Assembly: GCF_030253515.1 (NCBI RefSeq)
Contig: NZ_CP124549.1
Coordinates: forward strand, 270,001-302,000
DNA length: 32,000 nucleotides
Source: Candidatus Nanosynbacter lyticus
Lineage (GTDB): Bacteria > Patescibacteriota > Saccharimonadia > Saccharimonadales > Saccharimonadaceae
Direction: 5' to 3'
In this document: positions 1-7,680 of the stretch, in pieces
Layout: each line of letters begins with the position of its first letter
Numbering within the stretch: the stretch's first letter is position 1
Notes under the pieces: generated by a model
Told to the model about the DNA's origin: nothing
The model's database searches: none
Seen by the model: the letters and a program-made list of their open reading frames with translations, nothing else
Position numbers and translations under genes: made by a program

Positions 1-1046
1 TGTGGCAAGTGAAAAACAGAGGCCAGCTCCTCGATATTGAGGATGTAGCCATCACCGTAAAACGCGCGCTTGCGGTACTTGTCGAGGAACTCCTTGCCGA
101 ACGCACCCTTGACAGCGCGAAAGCCGTTGAGATTGGTTGAATTGAATTGCTTAAAAGCACCGACCAGCGCCTGCATATGTAGCTTGGCGCTGGTTTGATC
201 TTCACCAAGATATGCCAGGCGGATCTTGACGTCGTAGCCCAATTTAGTGGCTTTCTTCTCCGCCTCAGAGACGCGCGTCTTGTCACGCTCAGACAGCTCG
301 GGCGCTTTTTTGCCATCACTTCCCTGGCCCGGTGGTCTCCAGAGAGCCTCGAGCAGCGTACCGATCCACTGCAAGCCGCCCCCGCCGAGCCCGGGGATGA
401 GTTTATGCCCACTCTTGACGCTGGCGATCCAGCGATCAGCGGACTGTTGCCAGCTGTCGGCGATCGGCCTGATGAGTACCTGCACCCAGAGTTCCTCGCC
501 GGTCAATTCTAGCTTGGCCAGCGTGCCGGTAATCCCCGCCAGCGGATCGACTTCAAAGGTTTGAAAGGTGCGGATTGGCAAGAACTCTGGCGCCGTCAAA
601 GTTAGCTCAGTGGTGTACACAGTGGAGTGTTCGCGCTCGTGCTCGGTGTAATCTTCGCTAGCGACGTGGATTTGAACGGTTGGGTACTGGGCGTAAATTT
701 GTCCCTCAACGAAACTTTGCAGCGTTCGGGGCACCCAGACATAAAAACGAATTTGACCGTTGACCGAGGCGATCTCAAAGCTGATATGCTCCTGCCGGCC
801 GCCCGATAATTTGAGTTCGCGTTTGTCGCGCAAGATGCCGTGCAGGCTGGCGAATAATTGCTCGGCGGCTAGTTCTTTCTTGTCGTTGGCTTTGGGGATT
901 TCCAGTACTAACAACACGCTCTCGGTTGGCTCAAACTCGTCAGCTCGCTGATAATTGCGCCACGTCAAAAACGACAGCACGGCTGTGACAGGTATCCAGA
1001 CGTACCATTGTGTCAAAAAGCTAATCATCGAAGAGATAATTTCCAT
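1..1046 (-). CDS. membrane-anchored hypothetical protein, N-terminal 348 codons; the gene runs off the left edge. Possibly the N-terminal module of a TraD/VirD4- or HerA-like ATPase
   Basis: Absent from the ORF track because it is open at the window edge. Hand translation of the minus strand from ATG 1046..1044 gives MEIISSMISFLTQWYVWIPVTAVLSFLTW (one hydrophobic helix), then RNYQRADEFEPTESVLLVLEIPKANDKKELAAEQLFASLHGILRD ... GYDVKIRLAYLGEDQTSAKL ... NIEELASVFHLP, with no stop down to position 1. The family guess is recollection only, because the ATPase part would lie off-window. Confidence 0.6.
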   Translation of the reverse strand, partial: MEIISSMISFLTQWYVWIPVTAVLSFLTWRNYQRADEFEPTESVLLVLEIPKANDKKELAAEQLFASLHGILRDKRELKLSGGRQEHISFEIASVNGQIRFYVWVPRTLQSFVEGQIYAQYPTVQIHVASEDYTEHEREHSTVYTTELTLTAPEFLPIRTFQTFEVDPLAGITGTLAKLELTGEELWVQVLIRPIADSWQQSADRWIASVKSGHKLIPGLGGGGLQWIGTLLEALWRPPGQGSDGKKAPELSERDKTRVSEAEKKATKLGYDVKIRLAYLGEDQTSAKLHMQALVGAFKQFNSTNLNGFRAVKGAFGKEFLDKYRKRAFYGDGYILNIEELASVFHLP

Positions 1047-1085
1047 GCTATTTCATTATCTCACCCCTTATAGATAAATGCAAAC

Positions 1086-2141
1086 CTAGGCTTCGCTGAC
1101 CAGAATGTAGGTGGCCTTGGCGGAGCGTTGGAATTGCGGCTTGGCTTGCAAGTTGAGCAGAATGGTGGTTTCTTTGACTTGACGCTTGTCAAGGACGCGC
1201 TTCACGATTTCATCGCGGTGTAGTGGCTCGCCGGCCTCGCGTAGGACGCTGGCAATGATGTCAGCGACGGTACCGCGAGCGTAACCCCACGATTCGAGGG
1301 CGTAAATACCGCGGCCGATCAGGACGAAGCGTTTGTCCTTGATGAGTTCGTTGTGAATGGCTTGGATGGTGACATCTTTGCGTTTGAAGTCGCTGTCCTT
1401 GATGGCTTTAGCAATGTCCGAGAAGTGCATTGGCTGGCTGTTGCTGTCGAGAATGACGAAAATCTTGTCACGGATAGTCTTTGGGTTGACGAGCGGCCAC
1501 TTGACCAGGCCCCATAGGCCGCGGAGATGGGCTAGTTTCTTACTGATTGAGGCCAGCGCGGCAATGTTGGATGGGTGCTCGTAATTGAGCGTTTTGTGTA
1601 GTTCCTCGGCAGTGACTGGCTGGCCGTGCTGTTTGATGGCTTTGACAATTTCTTCAACTTGCTTCTTGATATTCTTCTCGTCGTTTGGCGTGCCGATGAT
1701 GGCTGAGTGGTAATAGTCATCGTTCTCGGTGATAATGTTGATCGACGGATTGAGTTCGGCGATAAAGGCGACGTGTGATCGTTCGCTATCGGTGACATCT
1801 CGGCCGAGGACGTGCTTGGCGAGATTATGTAATGGTGCCGCCCGACCCATTTCCGACAGGTGTGAGGTAACCATCTTTTCAGCAGCCGAGGCACTTGGTA
1901 TACCGCCGTCAGCCACCAACAGGCGCAGGCGAACGAGGATAGCCTTCTCTAGCTGGCGGACACGTTCACGAGTGATCCCGAGCATGTCGCCGATCTGTTC
2001 CAGCGTCTCTTTATTGCCGTATAAACCAAAGCGACGGCTAATAATCTCTTTCTCGCGCTCCTGCGGAATCTGCGCCAAGACATCCTCGGCCGCTTGCCGA
2101 AGCTGCCTGTCTGGTGCGCTCTGTTCTTGTATGTCGCTCAT
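1086..2141 (-). CDS. DNA-binding protein with an N-terminal sigma-70 region-4-like HTH and a C-terminal HARE-HTH-like domain
   Basis: 351-aa ORF. The N-terminus REKEIISRRFGLYGNKETLEQIGDMLGITRERVRQLEKAILVRLR matches the sigma-70 region 4 pattern. The C-terminus TVADIIASVLREAGEPLHRDEIVKRVLDKRQVKETTILLNLQAKPQFQRSAKATYIL resembles a HARE-HTH/RpoE-delta-like winged helix. No sigma region 2 was seen. Confidence 0.7.
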   Translation of the reverse strand: MSDIQEQSAPDRQLRQAAEDVLAQIPQEREKEIISRRFGLYGNKETLEQIGDMLGITRERVRQLEKAILVRLRLLVADGGIPSASAAEKMVTSHLSEMGRAAPLHNLAKHVLGRDVTDSERSHVAFIAELNPSINIITENDDYYHSAIIGTPNDEKNIKKQVEEIVKAIKQHGQPVTAEELHKTLNYEHPSNIAALASISKKLAHLRGLWGLVKWPLVNPKTIRDKIFVILDSNSQPMHFSDIAKAIKDSDFKRKDVTIQAIHNELIKDKRFVLIGRGIYALESWGYARGTVADIIASVLREAGEPLHRDEIVKRVLDKRQVKETTILLNLQAKPQFQRSAKATYILVSEA

Positions 2142-2204
2142 GGCTTTATGTTAAATCCTCTCTGCCTCACCTCAGAAGTTATGTTGATATATGACGATAT
2201 TGCT

Positions 2205-2232
2205 ATTATACAATAAAATATTTTCGTGTCAA
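2205..2232 (-). promoter_or_regulatory. sigma-70-type promoter for the 1086..2141 gene (TTGACA-16-TATAAT on the minus strand)
   Basis: The minus strand reads cTTGACAcgaaaatattttattgTATAATagc. The -35 is the reverse complement of 2227..2232 and the -10 is the reverse complement of 2205..2210. A leader of about 55 nt with GAGAGGA precedes the ATG at 2141. Confidence 0.6.
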
Positions 2233-2381
2233 GCAAGTCGTGTAGTACGCCGTAATTATAGCATGTATTTAACAATTTTTGCAATGAAATGGTGTGATAG
2301 TTTTTGATTTTGTGAATTATGGGGATGTGGTCTATACAGCCCTAATGAAATGTGGCTTGATTGGGTTATTTTATGGGTCAA

Positions 2382-4979
2382 TTACTTCTTTGAGCGGCTG
2401 CTTTTTCTCGGGGATTTGGATGGTTTGGTTGAGGTGCGGCCGCGGCGGGCGGGCTTCACGGGTGCGACCTTCAGAAGCTCCAAGGCTTGCTCGTGAGTAA
2501 TGGTTTTTGGGTCGGTGTCTTTAGGGACTTTGGCGTTTTTCGTGCCATCAGTGATGTACGGGCCAAAGCGGCCGTTGAGGACTTTAACACCATCGCCAAA
2601 GTCAGCGATGTTTTTCTCGGCTTCGGCCTGGAGTTTGGCGGCGTAGAGCTCGCGGGCTTTCTCTAGGGTGATGGTGTGCGGGTCTTCGGGCTTGATGGAG
2701 ACGAACAGCTTGCCGACTTGGATGTACGGGCCAAAGCGGCCGATGTTGGCTTTGATGTCTTGTCCGTCTTCGGTTTGACCGACGACCCGCGGCAACTTGA
2801 ACATTTCCAGCGCTTGCTCCAGGGTGACGGTTTCAATTTTCGCCCCCTTCGGCAGCGGCGCAAAGCGTGGTTTGTCCTCGTCGTCAGTGGCTCCCAGTTG
2901 CAACATTGGACCAAAGCGGCCAAAGCGCGCCAGGATTGGTTTGCCAGATTTTGGATCGATGCCGACTTCGCGGTTAGCGCCGACTTTACTGCGGTCGATG
3001 CCGCCTGACTGCTCAATCAGTTTGTGAAACGGCGTGTAAAATCCGTGCAGCATGGCGCTTTTGGCCAGCTCAGCGGCAGCGATTTTATCAAATTCGGTTT
3101 CGACATTGGCGGTAAAATCATAGTCAACGATCTGCGTGAAATGGTCGGTCAAAAAGTCGGCGATTAGTTCCCCGCTTGGCGTTGGGATGAGCTTGCCGCG
3201 GGTGGAACCGGTTTTTTCTTGGATGACGTCGCGGCTGACTTCCTCGCCGTTGTAGCTGAGGACGATGACGTCGCGCGGCTGGCCTTCGCTGTCGCCCTTT
3301 TCGACGTAGCCGCGGGTCTGTACGGTGTCGATGATAGTGGCGTAGGTGCTTGGCCGGCCAATACCGAGATCTTCGAGTTTTTTAACCAGTGAACCTTCGG
3401 TGTAACGGGCCGGCGGCCGGGCGAAGGTTTGGCGGGCGATGATGTTGTGAGTTTCAAGCGTGTCGCCAGAGTGGAGCTTCGGCAAGATTTCGTCTTTGCC
3501 GCCGCCATAGACGCGTAGGAATCCGTCGAAGGTGATGACTTCGCCTTTGGCTTCGAAGTATAAGTCTGCGGTAGCCGCCTCTCGGACATCGTCAGAAAGG
3601 TCGGTATTACCAGCGCCACGCTCCTGCGCTGGAGTACTCTTTTCGCTTGTATCTCCACTGGAGATACTAAGCGAGCGTTCGGCTGAAACGTCCGCTCCTC
3701 GCGAACGTTTCACAGCCTCCAGCGCAGGAGGTGTCGCTGGCGCTGGCTCATCTGGCGCGAGTGGCGTCTCAGAAAAAATCTGGGCAACTTCATGTGGGTC
3801 CCGGATTGTTTTATGAGATGCCCGAGCGCCGCCGATAGCGATTACCATCGTGGTTTTCTCTAACTTCGCTGCCGACATTTGCGATGCCAGAGTGCGGCGG
3901 CGGATGAGGTCGTAGAGTTTTTGGTCGTACTCGTTGGAGGTGACGGTTTCGCGGGTGATGTCGGTCGGGCGGATGGCTTCGTGAGCTTCCTGGGCGGAGG
4001 CGGATTTGGTTTTGAATTTACGCACAGTCGAATAATCTGGGCCGTACAGCCGCTTGATGAAATCAGTCGCGCTGGCGATGGCCTGCCCGCTCAAATTGAC
4101 TGAGTCGGTGCGCATGTAGGTGATTTTACCGTCTTGGTAGAGCCGCTGGGCCGAGGCCATGGTGGCCTTGGAGCTGAAGCCAAGCTTGGCGTTGGCCTCT
4201 TGCTGCAAGGTTGAGGTCGTAAACGGCGCGGCTGGGTTGCGGGTGCCAGGCGTTTTTGAGATATCGCTGACGGTGAATGTGGCTGGCTTGAGGCTGCTCA
4301 AAAATTCGTGGGCGGCTGCTTCAGAATCAAATTTCTGGTTAAGTTCGGCTTTGAATTCTTGATTGTTATGGATAAATACGGCGGTCACCTTGAACTGCGA
4401 GCTACCCTCAAATTTCATAATTTCTCGTTCACGCTCGACCAATAGCCGCACCGCTGGACTCTGAACACGTCCGGCTGACTTGCCGCCCGGTACTTTTTGC
4501 CAGACTACCGGGCTGAGCTCAAAGCCAACCAATCGGTCGAGAATCTGCCGTGCCTGCTGGGCTTGCACCAGATTCATATCAACAGTGCGCGGGTTTTTAA
4601 TGGCATTGGTGATGGCGTCCTTGGTGATCTCGTGAAAAACGATGCGCTTGGTCGTCTCAACCGGCAAATCCAGCACTTTACAGAGATGCCAAGCAATCGC
4701 CTCCCCTTCGCGGTCTTCATCGGTGGCCAGCCAGACGTTGTCTTTGCCGACGGCCTTGACATTTTTCTTTAGCTCGGTGATGACTTTCTTTTTCTCGGGA
4801 TCAACTTCGTAGACAGCAAAAAAATCATTCGCCACATCAATCGGCGGCGTGCCGTCCTTGGTTTTTTTGACAATCGAGCGGATGTGCCCCACGCTTGATA
4901 AGACATGAAAATCCTTGCCCAAATATTTCTCAATGGTTTTGGCTTTGGCTGGTGACTCGACGATGACGAGATTTTTCAT
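2382..4979 (-). CDS. topA: DNA topoisomerase I (type IA) with a GRFGPY-repeat C-terminal domain, a Lys/Arg-rich tail and an in-frame low-complexity insertion of about 85 aa
   Basis: 865 aa. TOPRIM N-terminus MKNLVIVESPAKAKTIEKYLG and DEDREGE; active-site region ITYMRTDS. C-terminal repeats ARFGRFGPMLQLG, ANIGRFGPYIQVG and LNGRFGPYITDG replace Cys4 zinc fingers. The tail is KPARRGRTSTKPSKSPRKSSRSKK. The insertion ARASHKTIRDPHEVAQIFSETPLAPDEPAP...NTDLSDDVREA lies just before the conserved FEAKGEVITFDGFLRVY. Confidence 0.95.
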   Translation of the reverse strand: MKNLVIVESPAKAKTIEKYLGKDFHVLSSVGHIRSIVKKTKDGTPPIDVANDFFAVYEVDPEKKKVITELKKNVKAVGKDNVWLATDEDREGEAIAWHLCKVLDLPVETTKRIVFHEITKDAITNAIKNPRTVDMNLVQAQQARQILDRLVGFELSPVVWQKVPGGKSAGRVQSPAVRLLVEREREIMKFEGSSQFKVTAVFIHNNQEFKAELNQKFDSEAAAHEFLSSLKPATFTVSDISKTPGTRNPAAPFTTSTLQQEANAKLGFSSKATMASAQRLYQDGKITYMRTDSVNLSGQAIASATDFIKRLYGPDYSTVRKFKTKSASAQEAHEAIRPTDITRETVTSNEYDQKLYDLIRRRTLASQMSAAKLEKTTMVIAIGGARASHKTIRDPHEVAQIFSETPLAPDEPAPATPPALEAVKRSRGADVSAERSLSISSGDTSEKSTPAQERGAGNTDLSDDVREAATADLYFEAKGEVITFDGFLRVYGGGKDEILPKLHSGDTLETHNIIARQTFARPPARYTEGSLVKKLEDLGIGRPSTYATIIDTVQTRGYVEKGDSEGQPRDVIVLSYNGEEVSRDVIQEKTGSTRGKLIPTPSGELIADFLTDHFTQIVDYDFTANVETEFDKIAAAELAKSAMLHGFYTPFHKLIEQSGGIDRSKVGANREVGIDPKSGKPILARFGRFGPMLQLGATDDEDKPRFAPLPKGAKIETVTLEQALEMFKLPRVVGQTEDGQDIKANIGRFGPYIQVGKLFVSIKPEDPHTITLEKARELYAAKLQAEAEKNIADFGDGVKVLNGRFGPYITDGTKNAKVPKDTDPKTITHEQALELLKVAPVKPARRGRTSTKPSKSPRKSSRSKK
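3588..3650 (+). repeat. possible degenerate copy D of the palindromic element, inside topA, in the same orientation as A and B
   Basis: It starts atcgTCAGAAAgg, compared with atcaTCAGAAAat in copy A. The encoded peptide QERGAGNTDLSDDVR parallels QKKSGIVSGPELSSDDTR (B) and QKKSGQLYVGPGLFSDDIR (A). Nucleotide similarity is weak in the centre and the right arm. Confidence 0.4.
3757..3821 (-). repeat. palindromic repeat element copy C, inside topA, in reverse orientation relative to copies A and B
   Basis: gcgagtggcgtcTCAGAAAAAATCTGGGCAACTTCATGTGGGTCCCGGATTGTTTTATGAgatgc. By hand alignment, the 50-nt core 3767..3816 matches the reverse complement of copy A (17092..17141) at 46/50 positions. In topA it is read in frame as HKTIRDPHEVAQIFSE. 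Confidence 0.85.
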
Positions 4980-5084
4980 AACTCTATATTATATCAAATC
5001 ACCTCGCAACCACAACCGCCGAGGGTGTTTCTCGGTGGCTCTGGTTGCGAGGACAGAGAGATGGGTCTGTCCTCGCGGGGAGCG

Positions 5085-5486
5085 CTAGACAAGTCTAACA
5101 ATACTCTCTTCCTCGAGCAACTCCTCGAGGAGATCATGGTATTTCAGAATCTGATCTCCATCCCCTGTAATAACGGCCTCGTGGAAATGCTTCTCGTACT
5201 GTGCTTTGCGCATAGTATAGCACCACTTCCTGACTTCATCGGCGAGATCACCAGTGATTCGCCAGGCGCCAGTGCCGAAACAGCCGAGCAGAACATTGGC
5301 CACAACCAAGGGGTCGCTATAGCTAGCCCTAAAGCCAAAGGTAGACTCATCAATGGCCCATGCGGCTTCCACACCGTTGATTTGGATTATTTGCCACAGG
5401 TGCTCATTATAGAGCTCCCTGTTGGTACGGATGGTGATGTCACCATTCATAGCCTTGATGACGAAGAAATCATCATAGTTCGCCAT
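5085..5486 (-). CDS. hypothetical protein (133 aa from the internal ATG; the ORF track extends it to 5597)
   Basis: MANYDDFFVIKAMNGDITIRTNRELYNEHLWQIIQINGVEAAW... The ATG at 5486 is preceded by AGAGAGAAGG about 7 nt upstream. The gene runs in the same direction as its neighbours. No motif was recognised. A 211-aa ORF overlaps it on the plus strand, so the strand choice is not certain. Confidence 0.5.
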   Translation of the reverse strand: MANYDDFFVIKAMNGDITIRTNRELYNEHLWQIIQINGVEAAWAIDESTFGFRASYSDPLVVANVLLGCFGTGAWRITGDLADEVRKWCYTMRKAQYEKHFHEAVITGDGDQILKYHDLLEELLEEESIVRLV

Positions 5487-5609
5487 GTCAGACCTTCTCT
5501 CTCTGTCCGAATTGTCAACACCCAGACTTTCTGGGTGGACGAATCTTCGTTTTTCAACGAAAATCTGATATATATCAATTATTGGATAAAAAGTCAAGAA
5601 TCTGGCGTA

Positions 5610-6242
5610 TCATTCATCGCCATCACTACCAAAAATAGCTCGTTTGATATAGGTCCATGAGGCATGAGCAGCAAGTGGTAACGAGGCGACAAATGCGGTG
5701 CGGCCGACCGTGCGGAGGGTTTCGGCCAGCTCTGATTTATCGTTATGTTCGGCGGTGTAGGCACTGGCATAGGCAAATAACGCCAGCGTCTCGCCGGCCA
5801 TGGCTAGTTTGCCGGATTTTGTTGGGCGCGTTTCACCCTTGTGTTTACTACGATAATTGGCGATGCCCGTTGCGGTGGCGTTTATCGTGTTCAATAGGGC
5901 GATGGTGCCGATAACTGATTTTGGTGCTGCACCCTTTTTTAGCATTTCATAGAGTAGTTTGAGCGTGACCACTTTATCGGTGATTGCGTCAACGGCTGCA
6001 CCGACATTACTTGTCTGTCCTGTTGCGCGGGCGACCGCCCCGTCAGCCACATCAATTGATCGTCCGATAATTACCCGTACCAAGCCAGAAACCTCCTCAA
6101 GGTTTTCCGCACCGTCCCATGTCAACTTGCCGCCTGTTAGGCTCATCGCATTAGGGATGGTCAAGACATCCCTAGTAAAGGTAGCGATACTACTGTCACT
6201 AACCGCCTCGTTACTACGTACCAGTTTCCGGCCCTTTTTCAT
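5610..6242 (-). CDS. hypothetical protein (210 aa), Ala/Gly/Thr-rich and predicted to be largely helical
   Basis: ORF MKKGRKLVRSNEAVSDSSIATFTRDV... with a hydrophobic stretch LAMAGETLALFAYASAYTA. No signal peptide or catalytic motif was recognised. Confidence 0.55.
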   Translation of the reverse strand: MKKGRKLVRSNEAVSDSSIATFTRDVLTIPNAMSLTGGKLTWDGAENLEEVSGLVRVIIGRSIDVADGAVARATGQTSNVGAAVDAITDKVVTLKLLYEMLKKGAAPKSVIGTIALLNTINATATGIANYRSKHKGETRPTKSGKLAMAGETLALFAYASAYTAEHNDKSELAETLRTVGRTAFVASLPLAAHASWTYIKRAIFGSDGDE

Positions 6243-6289
6243 AGTTTGTAGCCTATCATCAATTTGTCAAATTAGCAATATTATCGCGA

Positions 6290-7189
6290 TTATCGCAGTG
6301 TCCAATTATTCGCCCCGAGCGGTTTGATCACGCCGTTGATCTCTAGCATGGTTAGCGCCGTGGCGAAGTCGGCCGGGGTGAGGCCGGATTGTTGCTGCAG
6401 TTGGTCGCCATCTCTGAGGCCGGTTCGGAGTAAGTCGATGATAGTGTTTTCGGCCGGGGTTTCACCGAGGGGGATGATGGCTTGGTCGGTGGCAGATTGA
6501 GTGGTTGACGGGGCGATGACATCGAGGATGTCTGTGGCAGTGGTGGCGACGAGGGCGCCTTGTTTGAGCAGCGCGTTGCAGCCGGCAGATAGCGGGCTGG
6601 TGATGTTGCCCGGTACAGCAAAGACGTCGCGGCCTTGGGATAAGGCGTGGGCAGCGGTATTCAGCGTACCGCTACGCTCGGCGGCTTCGGTGATAATGAC
6701 GGCGTCAGCCAGGCCAGAAACCAAGCGGTTGCGCTCTAAAAAGCTCCAGCGATTGACGATTTTACCATCGCCCTTTTTCCATTCAGACAGAATAGCGCCG
6801 CCATTTTCGATGATGTTCATCGCTAGTTTGTAATTGGTTTGCGGCGAGATGTCAGGTAGTTCATTGGGGATAACGCCGATGACTGTGCCGCCAGCCTCGA
6901 GGGCGGCTTTCTGGGCGATGCCGTCGATGCCGAGCGCCAAGCCGCTAACGATGATGCAGCCGGCTGTTGCTAGGTCGCCTGCCAGCTGCTCGGTCACTTC
7001 CCGGCCGTACGCCGAGGGTTTGCGCGAGCCAACGATGGCCACGACTGGCGCACTAGCAGTTGGCAATGTTCCCATGAAACACAAGCTTTTCGGCGGATTA
7101 GCAATACTTGCCAACCTCTGGGTAAAGTTATGCTCATCTGGACGGATTCTATTGATTTCCATGACTTTTGTGATAAAAAGTATTGACAT
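6290..7189 (-). CDS. dprA: DNA processing protein DprA (Smf)
   Basis: GSRKPSAYGREVTEQLAGDLATAGCIIVSGLALGIDGIAQKAALEAGG ... ERNRLVSGLADAVIITEAAERSGTLNTAAHALSQGRDVFAVPGNI is the DprA Rossmann-fold signature. A C-terminal winged-helix-like tail is present. An alternative start is ATG 7162 (MEINRIRPDE). Confidence 0.9.
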   Translation of the reverse strand: MSILFITKVMEINRIRPDEHNFTQRLASIANPPKSLCFMGTLPTASAPVVAIVGSRKPSAYGREVTEQLAGDLATAGCIIVSGLALGIDGIAQKAALEAGGTVIGVIPNELPDISPQTNYKLAMNIIENGGAILSEWKKGDGKIVNRWSFLERNRLVSGLADAVIITEAAERSGTLNTAAHALSQGRDVFAVPGNITSPLSAGCNALLKQGALVATTATDILDVIAPSTTQSATDQAIIPLGETPAENTIIDLLRTGLRDGDQLQQQSGLTPADFATALTMLEINGVIKPLGANNWTLR

Positions 7190-7211
7190 GTTGTCAAATG
7201 CTTGCTATAAT
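7183..7211 (+). promoter_or_regulatory. perfect consensus sigma-70 promoter TTGACA-17-TATAAT
   Basis: TTGACA lies at 7183..7188, followed by a 17-nt spacer and TATAAT at 7206..7211. The -35 is part of the palindrome TTGACAtgtTGTCAA (7183..7197), whose other arm is a minus-strand TTGACA facing dprA. Confidence 0.7.
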
Positions 7212-7217
7212 CAGGAG

Positions 7218-7532
7218 CGATTGGTTAGCCGAAGTGCTAATCAAAAGCACCTTATACCCCCTATTCTAACTAATATGTTAGGTTGCGCGCAATGGCATTA
7301 AGTATTCTTACCCTCCACTTTTTGCGATTCAACGTTACGCGCATACTAACCCCTTTAACTGCCCTTTTTTGAAGGCGACCTCTGTTAAGGTGAGCACTGG
7401 ATGGTGTTGATATTACTAATCAGGCGCGGACTTTTGGAGTTTTAGTCACGACGCTTCACTGAGACGGGAGCTCGGGTGGGTTGAAGGGTAACAAAGCGCC
7501 AGGTGATGCCCACCCTTACCTGGCGCTTTTTT
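7218..7532 (+). ncRNA. candidate non-coding RNA of about 315 nt, class unknown
   Basis: It is bounded by the consensus promoter (expected transcription start near 7218) and an intrinsic terminator at 7494..7532. No ORF has a credible start. Local hairpins include GTGCTaatcaaaAGCAC (7233..7249), CTAACtaatatGTTAG (7266..7282) and TGCGCG...CGCGCA (7284..7343). The terminator loop CCCACCC/ACCCTT can pair with the upstream GGGTGGG (7474..7480) or AAGGGT (7484..7489). Confidence 0.4.
7494..7532 (+). terminator. rho-independent terminator
   Basis: AAGCGCCAGGT (7494..7504) pairs with ACCTGGCGCTT (7518..7528) in an 11-bp stem with a 13-nt loop. It ends in a run of six T (7527..7532). Confidence 0.8.
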
Positions 7533-7643
7533 AGTTGGGTTTTTGGCGTGATCTTGTAGTGTCTGAGTGAGGATTGGGTGCGAATTGGCGTGGGACGGTT
7601 TGCTAGAAAGTGAAATTTTGGTTGGATATGTCTGAGCATAATA

Positions 7644-7672
7644 TTGACTTTTTGTCTCTAAAATAGTATAGT
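7644..7672 (+). promoter_or_regulatory. promoter TTGACT-17-TATAGT, placed 8 nt upstream of ATG 7681 (leaderless arrangement)
   Basis: TTGACT lies at 7644..7649 and TATAGT at 7667..7672, with the ATG at 7681 and no Shine-Dalgarno sequence between them. Confidence 0.6.
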
Positions 7673-7680
7673 GAATACAT

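Noticed and set aside
2268-2287. Weak look-alikes of the 20-bp motif: tttaacaatttttgcaatga here, and ttgtcaaattagcaatatta near 6262..6283
   Set aside because: The half-site spacing differs by one nucleotide and more than 6 positions mismatch. They were not counted as copies.
2663-4762. Many 60-165-aa ORFs on both strands inside topA, with similar shadow ORFs inside the ATPase, the ABC genes, the permease and others
   Set aside because: They are antisense or off-frame shadow ORFs typical of GC-rich coding sequence, fully nested in well-supported genes, with Arg/Ser/Pro/Ala-biased translations.
5025-5660. A 211-aa plus-strand ORF overlapping the 5085..5597 minus-strand ORF
   Set aside because: It would start inside the topA upstream region and run antisense to a block of otherwise co-oriented genes. 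It has no promoter or Shine-Dalgarno sequence that I can see, and its translation is rich in odd low-complexity runs. The minus-strand frame has a Shine-Dalgarno-preceded ATG (5486). The choice is not fully excluded.
7401-7445. A 14-codon ORF MVLILLIRRGLLEF preceded by AAGGTGA (7387..7393), considered as a Leu/Ile leader peptide upstream of the alternative-pairing terminator
   Set aside because: The idea is attractive as a classical attenuator. However, the downstream gene has its own promoter about 110 nt after the terminator, about 180 nt of upstream RNA would be unexplained, and the peptide is too short for a membrane toxin. It is kept only as a note.
7218-7532. Attempted to identify the candidate RNA as tmRNA, RNase P RNA, SRP RNA or 6S RNA
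   Set aside because: - tmRNA: no GGTTCGAnTCC T-arm with a CCA-ending acceptor, and no Ala-rich tag frame.
- RNase P: no GAGGAAAGTCC / ACAGAAnnCGGCTTA P4 halves in the correct order on either strand. The AAAGTCCGCGCC and CCAGGTAAGGGTG look-alikes on the minus strand are in the wrong order.
- SRP: no domain IV GGAA/AGCA motif.

The class is left unknown.
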